64,000 nucleotides of DNA from Octopus bimaculoides (taxonomy: Eukaryota), in the NCBI RefSeq assembly GCF_001194135.2, contig NC_068990.1:74065905-74129904 (forward strand), read 5' to 3'. How positions within the stretch are numbered: the stretch's first letter is position 1; the number at the start of each line of letters is the position of its first letter. Positions 39,455-52,035 of the stretch are shown here, piece after piece. The notes beneath the pieces were generated by a model, which was not told the origin of the DNA, made no database searches, and saw only the letters and a list, made by a program, of their open reading frames with translations. The position numbers were made by a program, and so were the translations under genes.

Positions 39455-40058
39455 CATACATATTCATGTCTAGATATATATAGTTGCATATATTTATGTG
39501 TATAAATGCATATACATATATCCATAGTACCACATATAAGCACATACACTCACATATAAAGATATCTATATAAAGTTACATTTCTGAAGGATTAAAAAAA
39601 AAGATTATCAATGTATTTAATATGCTGTCAAATGAAAAAGAAATCTTCACACATTGTCAGGGCTACTATTTTTTCCCCTGCTTTTTTCATATTGTTATTA
39701 ATTTTCTTCCTCTGGTTGTTTCATTTTCATTTCTTTTTCTCTTGAGATTTAGCTATGATAAATATGCAATATTTGAAATAATAAAAGCTAAAAAGAAAAT
39801 GTCATGGAAGGAACTTAGTATAATAATACTTTTTTTACATTTTCATGAAATAAATAATTGATATTGTGTTTAAAAAAATATTGAAGGTATTTTCTATTGA
39901 GCATACATTACCTGGATGGGAAGAGAATTTCTGATTAAGGTAAGAATAAGTTAGAGAAAGTACAAATGTTATAAAAACATTAAAGCTCTGATATATATAT
40001 TGCAAAAATAGTTATTCATTATCATGTAAATGAGACAGAGAGAAGGGGAGAGAAAGTG

Positions 40059-40095
<37 letters not shown>

Positions 40096-40369
40096 CAGAC
40101 AGATAAGCTGGTTTAGTCTCAGAATAATCTAAAAATAATACAAGCCAATATAGTTACTTGACCTGTTAGAAATATCAGACAATTCTTCTTCAAATTACAT
40201 ACTAATGTCTTTAAAAACAATTATGATTATGCTGAATAACGGAATTTTACATTTAGCATTTATCATGCTTGAATGAAGGAAAATATATATAGTATAGCTG
40301 GAATGCTTCCCATTATTGCAATTAATTTGGAACTTGAAAATATATGCGAACTTCATCATCATTGTTGTT

Positions 40370-40860
40370 GTCATCATTATCATCATCACTTAACATCTGT
40401 TTTCCATGCTGGCATGTGTTGGAAGGTTTGACCAGAGCTAGCAAGTCTGGGAGCCTGTTTTGGCATGGTTTTTATGGCTGGACACCTTTCCTAATGTCAG
40501 CCACTTTACAGAATGTACTGGATGCATTTTACACGAGACCAGCACCAGTACTTTTTATTGTGGTACCAACACCAGTATTTTTAACATGACACCAGCACCA
40601 GCGCCTTTTTTATTTGAGGTACCACCACCGGTGCTTCTTTTGTGGTACCAACACTAGTATTTTTAACATGACACCAGCACCAGTGGTTTTTATGTGGCAC
40701 CATAACTGACAGGGTTGAAATACAAAAAAAAGGCAAAAAAATATTGGCAAAACCCCTCAATTAGGAGCGGGGAAGTATAATGTTGAGAGGTGGGTGGCTT
40801 TGTGCCAGTTGAGAGATTAATGGTATTATAGAGAGATAGAGACAGTAGGCCAAAATTTTG
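40370..40860 (-). mobile_element. SINE family C with internal short tandem duplication
   Basis: catcatcatcacttaacatctgttttccatgctggcatg head-to-tail inverted. gtggtaccaacac.agtatttttaacatgacaccagcaccag occurs twice (40561 and 40642). Confidence 0.75.
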
Positions 40861-41419
40861 AAGTCACATTCACTACTATTCTTGCAAATGTACAATAAAT
40901 ATATGCTCTATGAAAAGTATTGAATATTCCCTATAAGAAGTCATTATATAAAAACAAACATTAATGTGTGTGTGTATATATAAATACATATACATATATG
41001 TGCATGTGTATCTGTATAAAATTTCATATGTATGTATGCATGTATGTATGTATGTATGTATGTATATATATATATATATGCATATATCATAATAATATTT
41101 CATTCTCTGATTTGAAGTGACAATTTTTAAATACAAATAAATGGTTAAATCTCCTTTCAGTGTCTAACTTATTCACATGTATATATATTAAAGTATTTTA
41201 TAGTCTACGAACAACTTTTACGCATGTTGGTCACTAGTATAAATTATTATATTTAATAATCTTTAGCCTTTACATATATATCTATAATATAAATTGAACA
41301 TGGGCGACCGTTGTATTCTTTATTGTCTCAGAGTTCACAGCCAAATGGCTGAGTGGATTCGTGTGAAAATTGGCACACATGTGGAGACAGGTGCATAGAT
41401 TGGAACGTGAGTGGATGCA

Positions 41420-42325
41420 AATTACTTCCTGGAAAGTTCCGAGCAGGGGGAATTACTTCCTAGAAAGTCCCGGGGGAGGAGGCGAATTGCTTCCTGGAAA
41501 TTGCTAAGGAAGGGGAGGAGGGGAGTAATTACTCATGGAAAGTTCCGAGGACGGTAAATACTTCATGGAAAGTTCCAAGGAAGGGGAATAATTACCTCAT
41601 GGAAAGTTCCGAGGAAGGGGTGAATTACTTCCTGGAAAGTTCCGAGGATGAACTACTTCCCATAAAGTTCCAAGGTTGTGATTTCCTGGATAGTTCCGAA
41701 GATGAACTACTTCCTGGAAAGTTCCGAGGTCTGTCTGGAAAATTCCGAGGACAGGACTTCCTGGAAAGCTCCAAGCATGGGATTTCCTGTAAAGTTCCGA
41801 GAATGAACTACTTCCTGTAAAGTTCTGAAGTCTACCTGAAAAGTTCCGAGGCCTACCTGGATAGTTCCGCGGATGAACTACTTCCTGGAAAGTTCTGAGG
41901 GTGGCATTTCGTTGAAAGTTCCGAGGTCTGTCTGGAAAGTTCCGAGGACGGGGCTTCCTGGAGAATTCCGAGGACTTCCTGGAATGTTCCGAATATGCGA
42001 TTCCTGGAAATTTCCGATGACTTCCCGGAAAGTTCCGATGTTTACCGGGAAAGTTCCGAGGATGGTGTTTCGTGGAAACTTCCGAGAACTTCCTGGAAAG
42101 TTCCGAGGTCGAAGTACTCCCTGGAAAGTTCCGAGGAGGAGATTTGCTTGAAAGTCTCGAGATCTGCCTGGAAAGTTCCGAGGGTGGTACTTCCTGGAAA
42201 TTTCCGAGGGCTTCCTGAAAAGTTCCGAGGCCTTCCTGGGAAGTTCCGAGGGGGAACTACTTCCTGGGATGTTCCGAGGGTGGTACTTCTGGGAAAGTTC
42301 CGAGGACTTCCTGGCAAAGTTCCGC
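41420..42325. repeat. minisatellite with core ACTTCCTGGAAAGTTCCGAGG
   Basis: Roughly 35-40 imperfect units by eye, each a ~19-21 bp core with short variable linkers. Confidence 0.95.
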
Positions 42326-42590
42326 ATGATAATCAAAATTCATACTCCGGTGTTCTAACAGGCAACCATCTTGAATGGACCGGCTGCTGGTCAAGAAGTT
42401 CTTATAACTCCAATATCCCTTCCTCTTATACGATTTACAAGTTTAAGCGGCTTCAATTTCCTATCAAACTCTCCTTTCCAATGGCAATAAATAAGGCACA
42501 GGGTCAATCATTGCAAATGGTTGGTTTAAATCTCACAGAGCAAGTGTTTTCCCACGATCAACATGTGTGGTATGTTGCATCTGTAGATCC
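42326..42590 (+). pseudogene. Helitron PIF1-like helicase C-terminal fragment
   Basis: FKRLQFPIKLSFPMAINKAQGQSLQMVGLNLTEQVFSHDQ matches the canonical Helitron RxQFPxxLAFAMTINKAQGQSL..VGL.L..VFSHGQLYV. Confidence 0.9.
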
Positions 42591-42689
42591 AAGAACCCTA
42601 CATATCTCACATCTATTTTCATTTCTACACTTCACTCTCTATTTCATACCTTATTTAGAATAACTATTGCTTAACCATTTTCTCACACC

Positions 42690-42737
42690 GTCTCTGATGA
42701 AGGGATATATAAAATATCCTGGAAACAGCTGTAAGGC
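42690..42737 (+). ncRNA. minimal type I hammerhead ribozyme motif, second copy
   Basis: gtct-CTGATGA (42694-42700); stem II GGGATAT/ATATCCT with ATAAA loop; GAAA; ACAGCTGT; A; aggc (stem I gtct/aggc with one G-U pair). Confidence 0.65.
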
Positions 42738-42807
42738 CTTCTATTTATAAATGTTCTAAAATCTTTCATGGCCTTGGATTTTTATCTCATTCCGAAATTT
42801 TTTTTAC

Positions 42808-42862
<55 letters not shown>

Positions 42863-44139
42863 AATATATATCTATATCTCTGCTCTTGCACTAGAGTATT
42901 TTGGAGATAGAGGAAACTCATTGCCCTTTCATACCTAGGTTGTTTGTGTTACACTCAAGCTGAAAATTGTGGTGTTGAGACATTTGGAGACTTTTGGAGA
43001 CTTTTGGAAGTTATACACAAGGAGACAAGAATTAAGGTAAGGGAACATTTTATAAAATCTAAGGATTTCCTAGGTGAACCATCTGCCATTTAGATTACTG
43101 TGTTCTGTAAAAGCATAGTGTATTATCAACAATGATCTATGTTATAAGAGGATATGTTAGTAATTGGTTCTTGCAGTTCCAAGTGAGTTATGAGAGAGAT
43201 GTTGAATTTTAATGTTTAGAGTGTATTATGATTACATGCTGTGCATCTTAAGAGAAGCAGGATTCCCTGAGTGGGTGTAAAGAAAGTTTGGCACACACAC
43301 ACACACACATGAATATATGTATATATACGTATGTATACTCACACACATACTCACATATAGACATATTCATAGATGTACTTGCTTGCAAACACATGCATGC
43401 ATACATACATACATACATAAATACATACATGCATATATACATAAATACATACATACATATATACATATATATATACATATATNNNNNNNNNNNNNNNNNN
43501 NNNNNNNNNNNNNNNNNNNNNNNNNNNNNNCTCACACACATACTCACATATAGACATATTCATAGATGTACTTGCTTGCAAACACATGCATGCATACATA
43601 CATACATACATAAATACATACATACATATATACATATATATATACATATATGTGTTCATACAAATATATATATAAGCTGACACACACTTTCATACGTATA
43701 TAGACACACATGCACATGCATACATACGCGCACGTGCACACACACACACACACACACATCGTACACACACAAAAACACAAAAAAACAACAAAAATATCAT
43801 ATATCATATTTAGCAATAAAAAAATGAAAAAAATGAAAAGAAATATTATGTGAAAGATGTATATACATACATACATACATATGAATACATACATGCATGC
43901 ATATGCATGGAAACACACACACTCACACAAACAAACAAACACACACACCCACGTTACCAAAAAAAAAAAAACATTGTGCCTGTCATTATTTTTTCAACAA
44001 ATGACAAGTAACAGAAGTGAATTCGGTGGCACGAAGTACACAATGCTGCATGAAATGAGGAATGAGGAAATTGGCGATGTGGAAAACATTCATGTCTCAT
44101 GCAGATATGAATGACATGAAGAAATAACAAAAACAAAAC

Positions 44140-44141
44140 TT

Positions 44142-44193
<52 letters not shown>

Positions 44194-44248
44194 CCATTAC
44201 CATCATCATCATCACCATCACCATCATTATCATCACCATCACCATCAC

Positions 44249-44283
<35 letters not shown>

Positions 44284-44925
44284 CCACTATCATGATCATC
44301 ATGACCATTGTCATCATCGCCATCGTGGTGGCACTCACGATTATCGTCTTCGCCATCATCATCAGCATTATTATCATTATAATCATCATTATCCTCATGA
44401 TCGTTATCATCATCATCATTATAATCATCATTATTGACATCTGTCATAGTCATCATCAACATTATGATCATCATCACAATCATGATCATCTACTTCCTTG
44501 TTGTTGTTGTTGTTGGGGATGAAGTCATCATCATGAGAATCATCATCACTATTATCCTCATCATCATCATCATCGTCAGCAGAAGAAGCAGTCATGTCGT
44601 CTTTCTCAAAAGTCTTTGCAATCGTAATTATCATCATCATAAACATCGTCATATCATATTCAGCATCATCGTCATTCTCATCCTCACCAACATCACCAAT
44701 ATTCTCATCATCCATATTAATATCATCATCATCCGCATTGTTATCATCATCATTCTCCTCATCACCATCATCATCATAATCATCTTTGTCGTCATCATCA
44801 CCATCATCATTATTATTGTCATCACTACGATCATCAACATCATCATTAATGTCATCTTTATTAAAGCTGATCATTACTATTCCTGATATTGATTTCTTCT
44901 TTACTGCCATCATTCATCACCATGT
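44140..44925. repeat. long degenerate (CAT)n trinucleotide tract
   Basis: Directly visible; source of the poly-D/M/I/H ORFs. Confidence 0.95.
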
Positions 44926-45434
44926 TGCCATTGTAGACTGTTTCCCCTCCATTTACCACTCTTCAGTAACAATGAATATGATTTAAGAGACAACTGATAT
45001 TGCACTGAATATAAAGGTAGACAAGAAAGTGGGAGGTTAACCATTTACCTTCTGACACCAACACACCATAATTTTGCCCATCTAGCTACAAGTATGAACA
45101 GACACTGTGCAGTTGAAGAAATTTGCTGTTGCTTTTAGATCCACATTAGCTCCCTTGTTCCAGCATGCCTACAAGCAAAGAACTTCTTCCTATGTTTGTC
45201 ATTCCTGTCATTTTCTGTATCCAGTGCTTGAGACAGCATTATAACCCCCCCCCCTGGACAAATCAATGTACCATGTCCTAAAGTATTTATTTATTGTCAG
45301 CATACTGTAGATTATATATGTCAGACGTAGGTCCCTATTCCTGTGAGACCTATCTGCCAGCCTGGTAACTGACCAGCATGTCCATGCATGTAAGATGGCA
45401 TTGCCAACACAATAGCATTTAACTTGCTTCAATG

Positions 45435-45830
45435 TTGCATAAACAAATGGTTAAGAACTTTAATTTGCAATCACAAAGCTGCAGATTTGATTGCACTATA
45501 TAGCATCTAGGGCAAGTGGGTTTTTAACATAGCCTCTGAATAACCCAAAACTTGTGTGTGAAATTGGGTAGAGGGAAATTGTGTGGAAAACTGTTGGATG
45601 GATGTACTTGAAGTTTGGTTTCACATTTAGGCACAAAGCTACAATTTTCGAGGGAAGGAGTGAATTGAATACATCAACCCCTGTGCTCAACTGGTACTTG
45701 TTTTATCAACTCCAAAAAGGATGAAAGGCAAAGTCAACCTCGGTGGAATTTGAACTCAGAATGTAAAAACAATTGAAATGCTGCTAAGCATTTAGCAGGT
45801 ATGCTAACAATTTTGCCAGCCAGCTTGTCA
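45435..45830. mobile_element. degenerate SINE B (+) followed by SINE A (-)
   Basis: catctagggcaagtg..tagcctc..aaaacttgtgtgtgaaattggg, then ctggtacttgttttatcaac..atgaaaggcaaagtcaacctcggtggaatttgaactcagaa. Confidence 0.7.
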
Positions 45831-45909
45831 CCTTTATTGTACTTGTAATATAAAAAAAGTCTATCCTAGCCTTATCAAGCTGTGTCATGCTGGTTTGATT
45901 GGAGAATTA

Positions 45910-46360
45910 TGTTAACCTCAAAATGGAGTCAAGTGAAACCTTCAGTGGAGTATTGCTCTCACATCTGAGACAGAGCTAAAACTATACACACTGACTACTT
46001 GGACCACATCCAGAGAAGGGCCACCCTTTTGATTGGTATTCAATCCCCAGTGGATCTGCTTTGGCATCTGGCATACAAGCTTACTGTCTGTCTTTTTATT
46101 ACTACCTTATTAGGTTCTGATCCTCAAAGCTGTCTGGTTCTCTATCTCCTCCACTGAGCTACCTCTGACTCATATGTCTCCCCTTTATTTATCGACTTTG
46201 TTGAGTCCAGCTTCCTTGGCTCTGCATTGACTATTATGCTCAGTCACCTCTGTCCAGAACATTTGCCTCCTTCAATCTTCTCTCTGCTCATGTTTTTCCT
46301 TGCAGGTGTTGACTGCAATGGTATAAATGGAACATTAACAGTGTTAAACTCACCTGTCAC
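45910..46360 (+). mobile_element. CR1/Jockey-group LINE 3' remnant
   Basis: SQVKPSVEYCSHI*DRAKTIHTDYLDHIQRRATLLIG resembles RP.LEY.S.IW..LD.IQRRA.R.I at the end of the RT. Confidence 0.6.
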
Positions 46361-46879
46361 AGAGTGCCTGCAAAAGTCATGAGTACTGACAGTCTCCTTT
46401 GCCACACTCAGCAAGTAAGAAAGTCTCAGAGGCCACTGCTAAGTAAATATGGACACCCATTCTTCCTGTAACAAAGCATAATACAAATAAGTTTAATTGA
46501 TGCCCTGAAAAATTTAACTATTGTTGATTAGTGCCTTATCCATGAGGCAAAGATGAATTTGAATTTGTTTATCATCAACATACAGTTAAGTTAAGTGACA
46601 GTCAGTTGGATTTAAAAGACTTAACAAAGGATTAACTTAATCATTTCATTAGCTGTCATCACTATTAAATCTCCTAATCTAATTGCTGGATTATCATTCC
46701 CTTGCTAACAATTCTTGTCAGTTGCCAAATAAGTAAATAAGTTTACTCTTAAATTTGGAATTGATGCTTTTAAATTAATAAAATTTATATTTGTTTTAAC
46801 ATTTTTATTTACAAATTTTGTCAAAGAGAATGGAGAAGAATGAACAGCATGGTCATAGAATATCATAAGCACAACTTCT

Positions 46880-47080
46880 GCTTGGTCAGACATGTCACAA
46901 AATTTCACAGACACCAGGGGAACCAATGCAGTTGCTGAGTTGTAGCCAAGAGATCAGAAAAGGCCTATCAGAAGGCCTCCATGATGATGGGAAGATGATT
47001 TAAGTAAATGATTTGGGCCAAGATGAAAAAGAACAGCACAATTAAGAAAAATTTGGAAACGCATTATGACCAGTGGTTCT
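46880..47080 (+). mobile_element. RTE-like LINE C-terminal remnant
   Basis: PRDQKRPIRRPP**WEDDLSK*FG..RTAQLRKIWK resembles PR..KR..GRP..RW.DD. Confidence 0.5.
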
Positions 47081-47154
47081 TGTTTGCTCACCAGAGTTAA
47101 GCTATGCCAAGTCTAGATGGGTGATTGGTAGGTGTTGTAAATATTCTTCATAGG

Positions 47155-47815
47155 CACAGGCATGGTTGTGTGGTAAGAAGCTTGGTGGTGAGCTGGCACA
47201 AACGTTAGCGCGCCGGGCGAAATGCTTAGCAGTATTTCGTCTGGTGTTATGTCCTGAGTTCAAATTCCGCCGAGGTCGTCTTAGCCTTTCATCTTTTCGG
47301 GGTCGATTAGATAAGTACCAGTTACACACTGGGGTCGATGTGATCGACTTAATCCCTATGTCTGTCCTTGTTTGTCCCCTCTATGTTTAGCCCCTTGTGG
47401 GCAATAAAGAAATAAGAAGTTTGGTTCTCAACATCATACTTTTGGGTTCACTCTCGCTCAGGGATGCCTTGGGCAAATGTCTTCTACTATAGTCTTAGTC
47501 TGATTAAAAACTTGTGAGTGGATTTGATTGATGGAAATTGAGAGAAACCCCTTGTATATACATATATGTGTGTGTGTGTATATCTGCGTGTGCGGGTGTG
47601 TTTGTGTGTGCGTGCTTTTGTGCTTCTATTTGTCCTCCACCATTTGAAAACCAATGCTGGTTTGTTTACATCCCTGTAACTTAGCAGTTTAGCAAAAGAG
47701 ACTGATAAGTGCCGGGCTTTCAAAAATGAGTACTAGGGCTGATTTGTTCAACTTAAACCTTTCGAGGTGATGCTCCAGCATAGCCACAGTCCAATGACTG
47801 AAACAAATAAATGGT
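47155..47815 (+). mobile_element. SINE B interrupted by a full SINE A copy (47187-47412)
   Basis: 13-bp target duplication taagaag(c/t)ttggt at 47174-47186 and 47413-47425. Confidence 0.85.
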
Positions 47816-48594
47816 AAAACACACACACACACACACACACACACATGCACGCATGCGCATATGTGTGCATGTGTGTGTAGACTAATCACAGCTGGAGGGC
47901 CTTGATCATAGGTTTACTTGATCAGTTCTGACCTGTGGCTAAACAACAATATGAACAACAACAAATGCTAGAAATCCTATTTCTTATCCTGTTATGTAGA
48001 AATCCTGTGACGAATGAGTACTCAGTTACTCAATCAGCTGAACTACCTCCTCCTATTGTACGCAAGTGGATGAATACGCCACATACATTTATATACATTT
48101 AACATAATTTTCACGTAGAATTAGTGTGGCACACTGTAGCATACTGGGGCACAACCCATCTGTCATACATCCACACTGTTTCCATCCACACGATTCACTC
48201 GCAAGGCTTTGTTTGACCCAAGCCTGTGTTAAAAGACGTTTACTCAAGATGCCAAGCTGTAGGAATGAACCTAGGACCTTGTGATTATGAAGTGAACTTC
48301 TTAACCATTCAATTTATGCTGCATCCATTGCCTCTTATCTATAAACTTCTTAAGCCCACAAGAGGCTTTCAACAGATAGTACTTATATCTGTTGCTATAG
48401 CATAAAGTAGATAAGAGATTATTAATCTCCATGTTAGATAAGAAGCTAGTTCATTGCAGATAACATTCGTATATAATCTAGTGACTATTCTTGACAGCTA
48501 TGTGAGCTGAAGCAATGTAGAATTAATTGTTCTGCTCAGAAACACAACGAAATGTCTCTCAGTGGATTTCAACACAATACGTTATATGAAGGTT

Positions 48595-48995
48595 AGAAAG
48601 AAATGAAGCAAGTATGGTCTGCTGGATGTGTAATGTTAGTGTATAAGGAAGATGAGGTGCAAGAATGCTGAGAGAAAAACTAGATATAAAAGGAATCAGA
48701 TGTGGAGTGTAAGAGAGACGATTGTGTTAATATGGACATATAATGCATGTGGATGATGAGAGTTGGGTAAAAGAAGTGCCAGGAAATCCATTTGGAAGGA
48801 AACAGTAGAACAGGAAGACTGATGAAGACATGGATAGAAGTGGGGGAATTTTTGTTCTTAGGATATTGCGACCACACAATCAAGGGTCTCAGGATTCTGA
48901 AGCATACAAACAAGATAACAAAGAAAGGTAACAATTATTGAAAAGGTCCATACAATACATGCAAGCATAGAAAAGTGGACGTTAAAATAAGGATG
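48595..48995 (+). mobile_element. RTE-clade LINE 3' end
   Basis: ERNEASMVCWMCNVS..LREKLDIKGIRCGV*ERRLC*YGHIMHVDDESWVK, with tail gcatagaaaagtggacgttaaa..gatgat. Confidence 0.8.
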
Positions 48996-49122
48996 ATATT
49001 GATTCAACTATTTCATTTCTACCTTAGTACAACAATGGTTTGTTTTACTAATTACAATAGTCACCTGCACTGCTAGGAGTAGCAACTAAATCTTTCCCTA
49101 CTATGACCTATTATTTTGTAAA

Positions 49123-49275
49123 GTGATGAGCTGGCAGAATTATTAGCACACCAGGCAATATGCTGTGCAGTATTTCATCCATCTTAACAATCAGAGTTCA
49201 AATCCTGCCAAGGTCAACTTTGCCTTTCATCCTATTGAAGTCAATAAAATAAGGACCAGTTAAGCCTTGGGGTCT
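49123..49275 (+). mobile_element. SINE family A
   Basis: gatgagctggcagaattattagcacaccaggc..gagttcaaatcctgccaaggtcaactttgcctttcatcc. Confidence 0.8.
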
Positions 49276-50196
49276 TCAGCAATGCCTTGTGAGGTGCTGA
49301 AAACAAGATAAAACAAGTAAGACATTATGGACATCCACTGGATCTTTCTCCATCGCCAGTCAACTTGGACCTCGTCTTGCCCCTGGAGTGAAAATGGTCA
49401 CAGATTAGCGAGTGAATCAGCAATGCACAATGTTCCTTCACTTTAAAGTAAGTCACTTTACAAATCATCAGTCATCATTAAGGATGACAAGATAGCCCTT
49501 GTCACTTTGACACACCAACGTGATATCCAACAACAGGTCTTAATACATTCATCTAATTTAGTGTCTTATATACATTTCTGATCAAACATCCACAACACAA
49601 ACCAAAATTCCATATCAGGCCATTTTGGAATATTCTAAACGGAAACAAAACATCAGCCAATATCATCAAATGGGATCAATTACTAAATCCTACAAATATA
49701 TATAAATTAGTGCTCAAGCCATCTTATGCCTATGTAAGCATCAAATTTACAGAATCAAATGTTTTTTAATCTAGCATAACCTTAATGCATCGAATTTTTG
49801 AGCAACACTGGATTAATTCCCACCTAAAAATATTATTTTCTTCCAACTGAAATATCAATTTTCTGACAATTGTTTGCCACTTTGAAAAATACATTTCTTT
49901 GCTCTGAACCATTTACATTAGAACTATTATGCTTAATTTCTCACTATGACTCCCAGTCCTGTACTTATCCTAATGGATCAAAAGTTAATGTAAGGCCTCA
50001 TGCTACTCTCGTGACCCTAATATGACATGAGACAAATTCGATATTGTTAGTAAGTTAAAACAGATGCTTATATTTCTGCTGTTAACTTTGATCATGTACA
50101 TCATAAAAACAAATACACATATGCAAATATGTGTATATATATGTGTGTACACATCTACATATATACAGTCTTCCATCTATCTATCTGTCTATTCTT

Positions 50197-50267
<71 letters not shown>

Positions 50268-50898
50268 ATATATATANNNNNNNNNNNNNNNNNNNNNNNN
50301 NNNNNNNNNNNNNNNNNNNNNNNNNNNNNNNNNNNNNNNNNNNNNNNNNNNNNNNNNNNNNNNNNNNNNNNNNNNNNNNNNNNNNNNNNNNNNNNNNNNN
50401 NNNNNNNNNNNNNNNNNNNNNNNNNNNNNNNNNNNNNNNNNNNNNNNNNNNNNNNNNNNNNNNNNNNNNNNNNNNNNNNNNNNNNNNNNNNNNNNNNNNN
50501 NNNNNNNNNNNNNNNNNNNNNNNNNNNNNNNNNNNNNNNNNNNNNNNNNNNNNNNNNNNNNNNNNNNNNNNNNNNNNNNNNNNNNNNNNNNNNNNNNNNN
50601 NNNNNNNNNNNNNNNNNNNNNNNNNNNNNNNNNNNNNNNNNNNNNNNNNNNNNNNNNNNNNNNNNNNNNNNNNNNNNNNNNNNNNNNNNNNNNNNNNNNN
50701 NNNNNNNNNNNNNNNNNNNNNNNNNNNNNNNNNNNNNNNNNNNNNNNNNNNNNNNNNNNNNNNNNNNNNNNNNNNNNNNNNNNNNNNNNNNNNNNNNNNN
50801 NNNNNNNNNNNNNNNNNNNNNNNNNNNNNNNNNNNNNNNNNNNNNNNNNNNNNNNNNNNNNNNNNNNNNNNNNNNNNNNNNNNNNNNNNNNNNNNNNN

Positions 50899-50962
<64 letters not shown>

Positions 50963-51529
50963 ATATACACACACGTATATACATATGCATATATATTATA
51001 TATTTAGACAGGAGGAATTAGGTCAGTGTTACAGAAGGATGAATTGAGGTTGTGATAGGTCATAGAGCATTTCATTCTGTGAGTGAGATGCTTATATGGG
51101 AATATGTTGGTTTTGGCACTAGTTCCACATATTTGTGGAATTCAGCCATTGATCTCATGGGCAGCTTTATGATGACATTGGCTGAACATTTTGTTTAAAA
51201 TATTATATACACACACATAAAATATTATATACACACAATAAATTCACATGTAGGCATTCACCTATATACATATATACACACTCAAAACATTTGTGTACAC
51301 ACATTCATGCACACACATTCACACATATACATATCTATATATATAATCAGTTTGTTATAGAAGATGCTCACACTGCAGATGGTACATTAAATATCAAAAA
51401 TAGCTTTAGCAAATATTTTGAAATGATTTCTTAGTTTTTGTATACATATTTAATTAAACCTGATATTTTGAGTTAAAAATTCCTCTATCAAGGCCTTAAA
51501 TAGCAATATACATACACATATATATTTTA

Positions 51530-51767
51530 TCTTTTACTTGATTCAGTTATTAAACTGTGGCCATGCTGGGGCTCCACCATGAAGAATTTTGTAGTTGAAT
51601 TAATCAACCCTACCTACTTATTTTTTGTAAAGCCTGGTACTTATTCTATCAGTCTCTTTTGCCAAACCACTAAGTTATGGGAATGTAAACACACCAGTAC
51701 TGGTTGTCAAGCAGTTGTGGGTCTCCAAAACATACATAAAAACATGCACACAATGTCTCACTCTCTT

Positions 51768-51839
<72 letters not shown>

Positions 51840-51845
51840 GCGCAT

Positions 51846-51884
<39 letters not shown>

Positions 51885-52035
51885 TGACAGGCTTCTTTCA
51901 GTTTCTGTCAACCAAATCCACCCAACACTTTGGTCAGTCTGAAGCTGTAGTAGAAGACACTTGCCCAAAGTGTCATGCAGTGGGACTGAACCTGGAACCA
52001 TGTGGTTGGGAAGTAAGCTTCTTTCCACACAGACA
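51530..52035 (-). mobile_element. SINE family B, long form
   Basis: Reverse complement of the B head and body plus the ggtgctccagcatggccacagt..atgactgaaacaagtaaaag tail. A similar minus copy lies at 57490-57890. Confidence 0.8.

Larger units (their letters stand above)
41281..42590 (+). mobile_element. non-autonomous Helitron
   Basis: 5' end A|TCTATAATATAAA, followed by the typical ccaaatggctgagtggattcgtgtgaaaattggcacacat segment, an internal minisatellite and a PIF1-like helicase fragment. 3' end not located. A CTAG|T at 41234-41238 may end a preceding copy. Confidence 0.75.

Noticed and set aside
41420-42325. CRISPR-like appearance of the repeat array
   Set aside because: Linkers are only a few nt and reuse the same words, so there are no unique spacers. 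The context is eukaryotic with no cas genes.
41995-42663. 222 aa ORF as a real fusion protein
   Set aside because: The N-terminal half is translated minisatellite and the C-terminal half is a frameshifted Helitron helicase remnant.
43338-43660. ~140 bp near-identical duplication either side of a short gap (likewise 54072-54187 versus 54415-54508)
   Set aside because: Most likely overlapping contig ends left unmerged by the assembler.
44090-44986. Poly-Asp/Met/Ile/His ORFs that could be read as a biomineralisation or metal-binding protein
   Set aside because: The region is a degenerate (CAT)n tract that is open in several frames on both strands, with no signal peptide, unique domain or splice support.
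49560-49800. Possible further Penelope GIY-YIG remnant
   Set aside because: Only faint similarity (KW..I.K..Y..C) across frameshifts; too weak to call.
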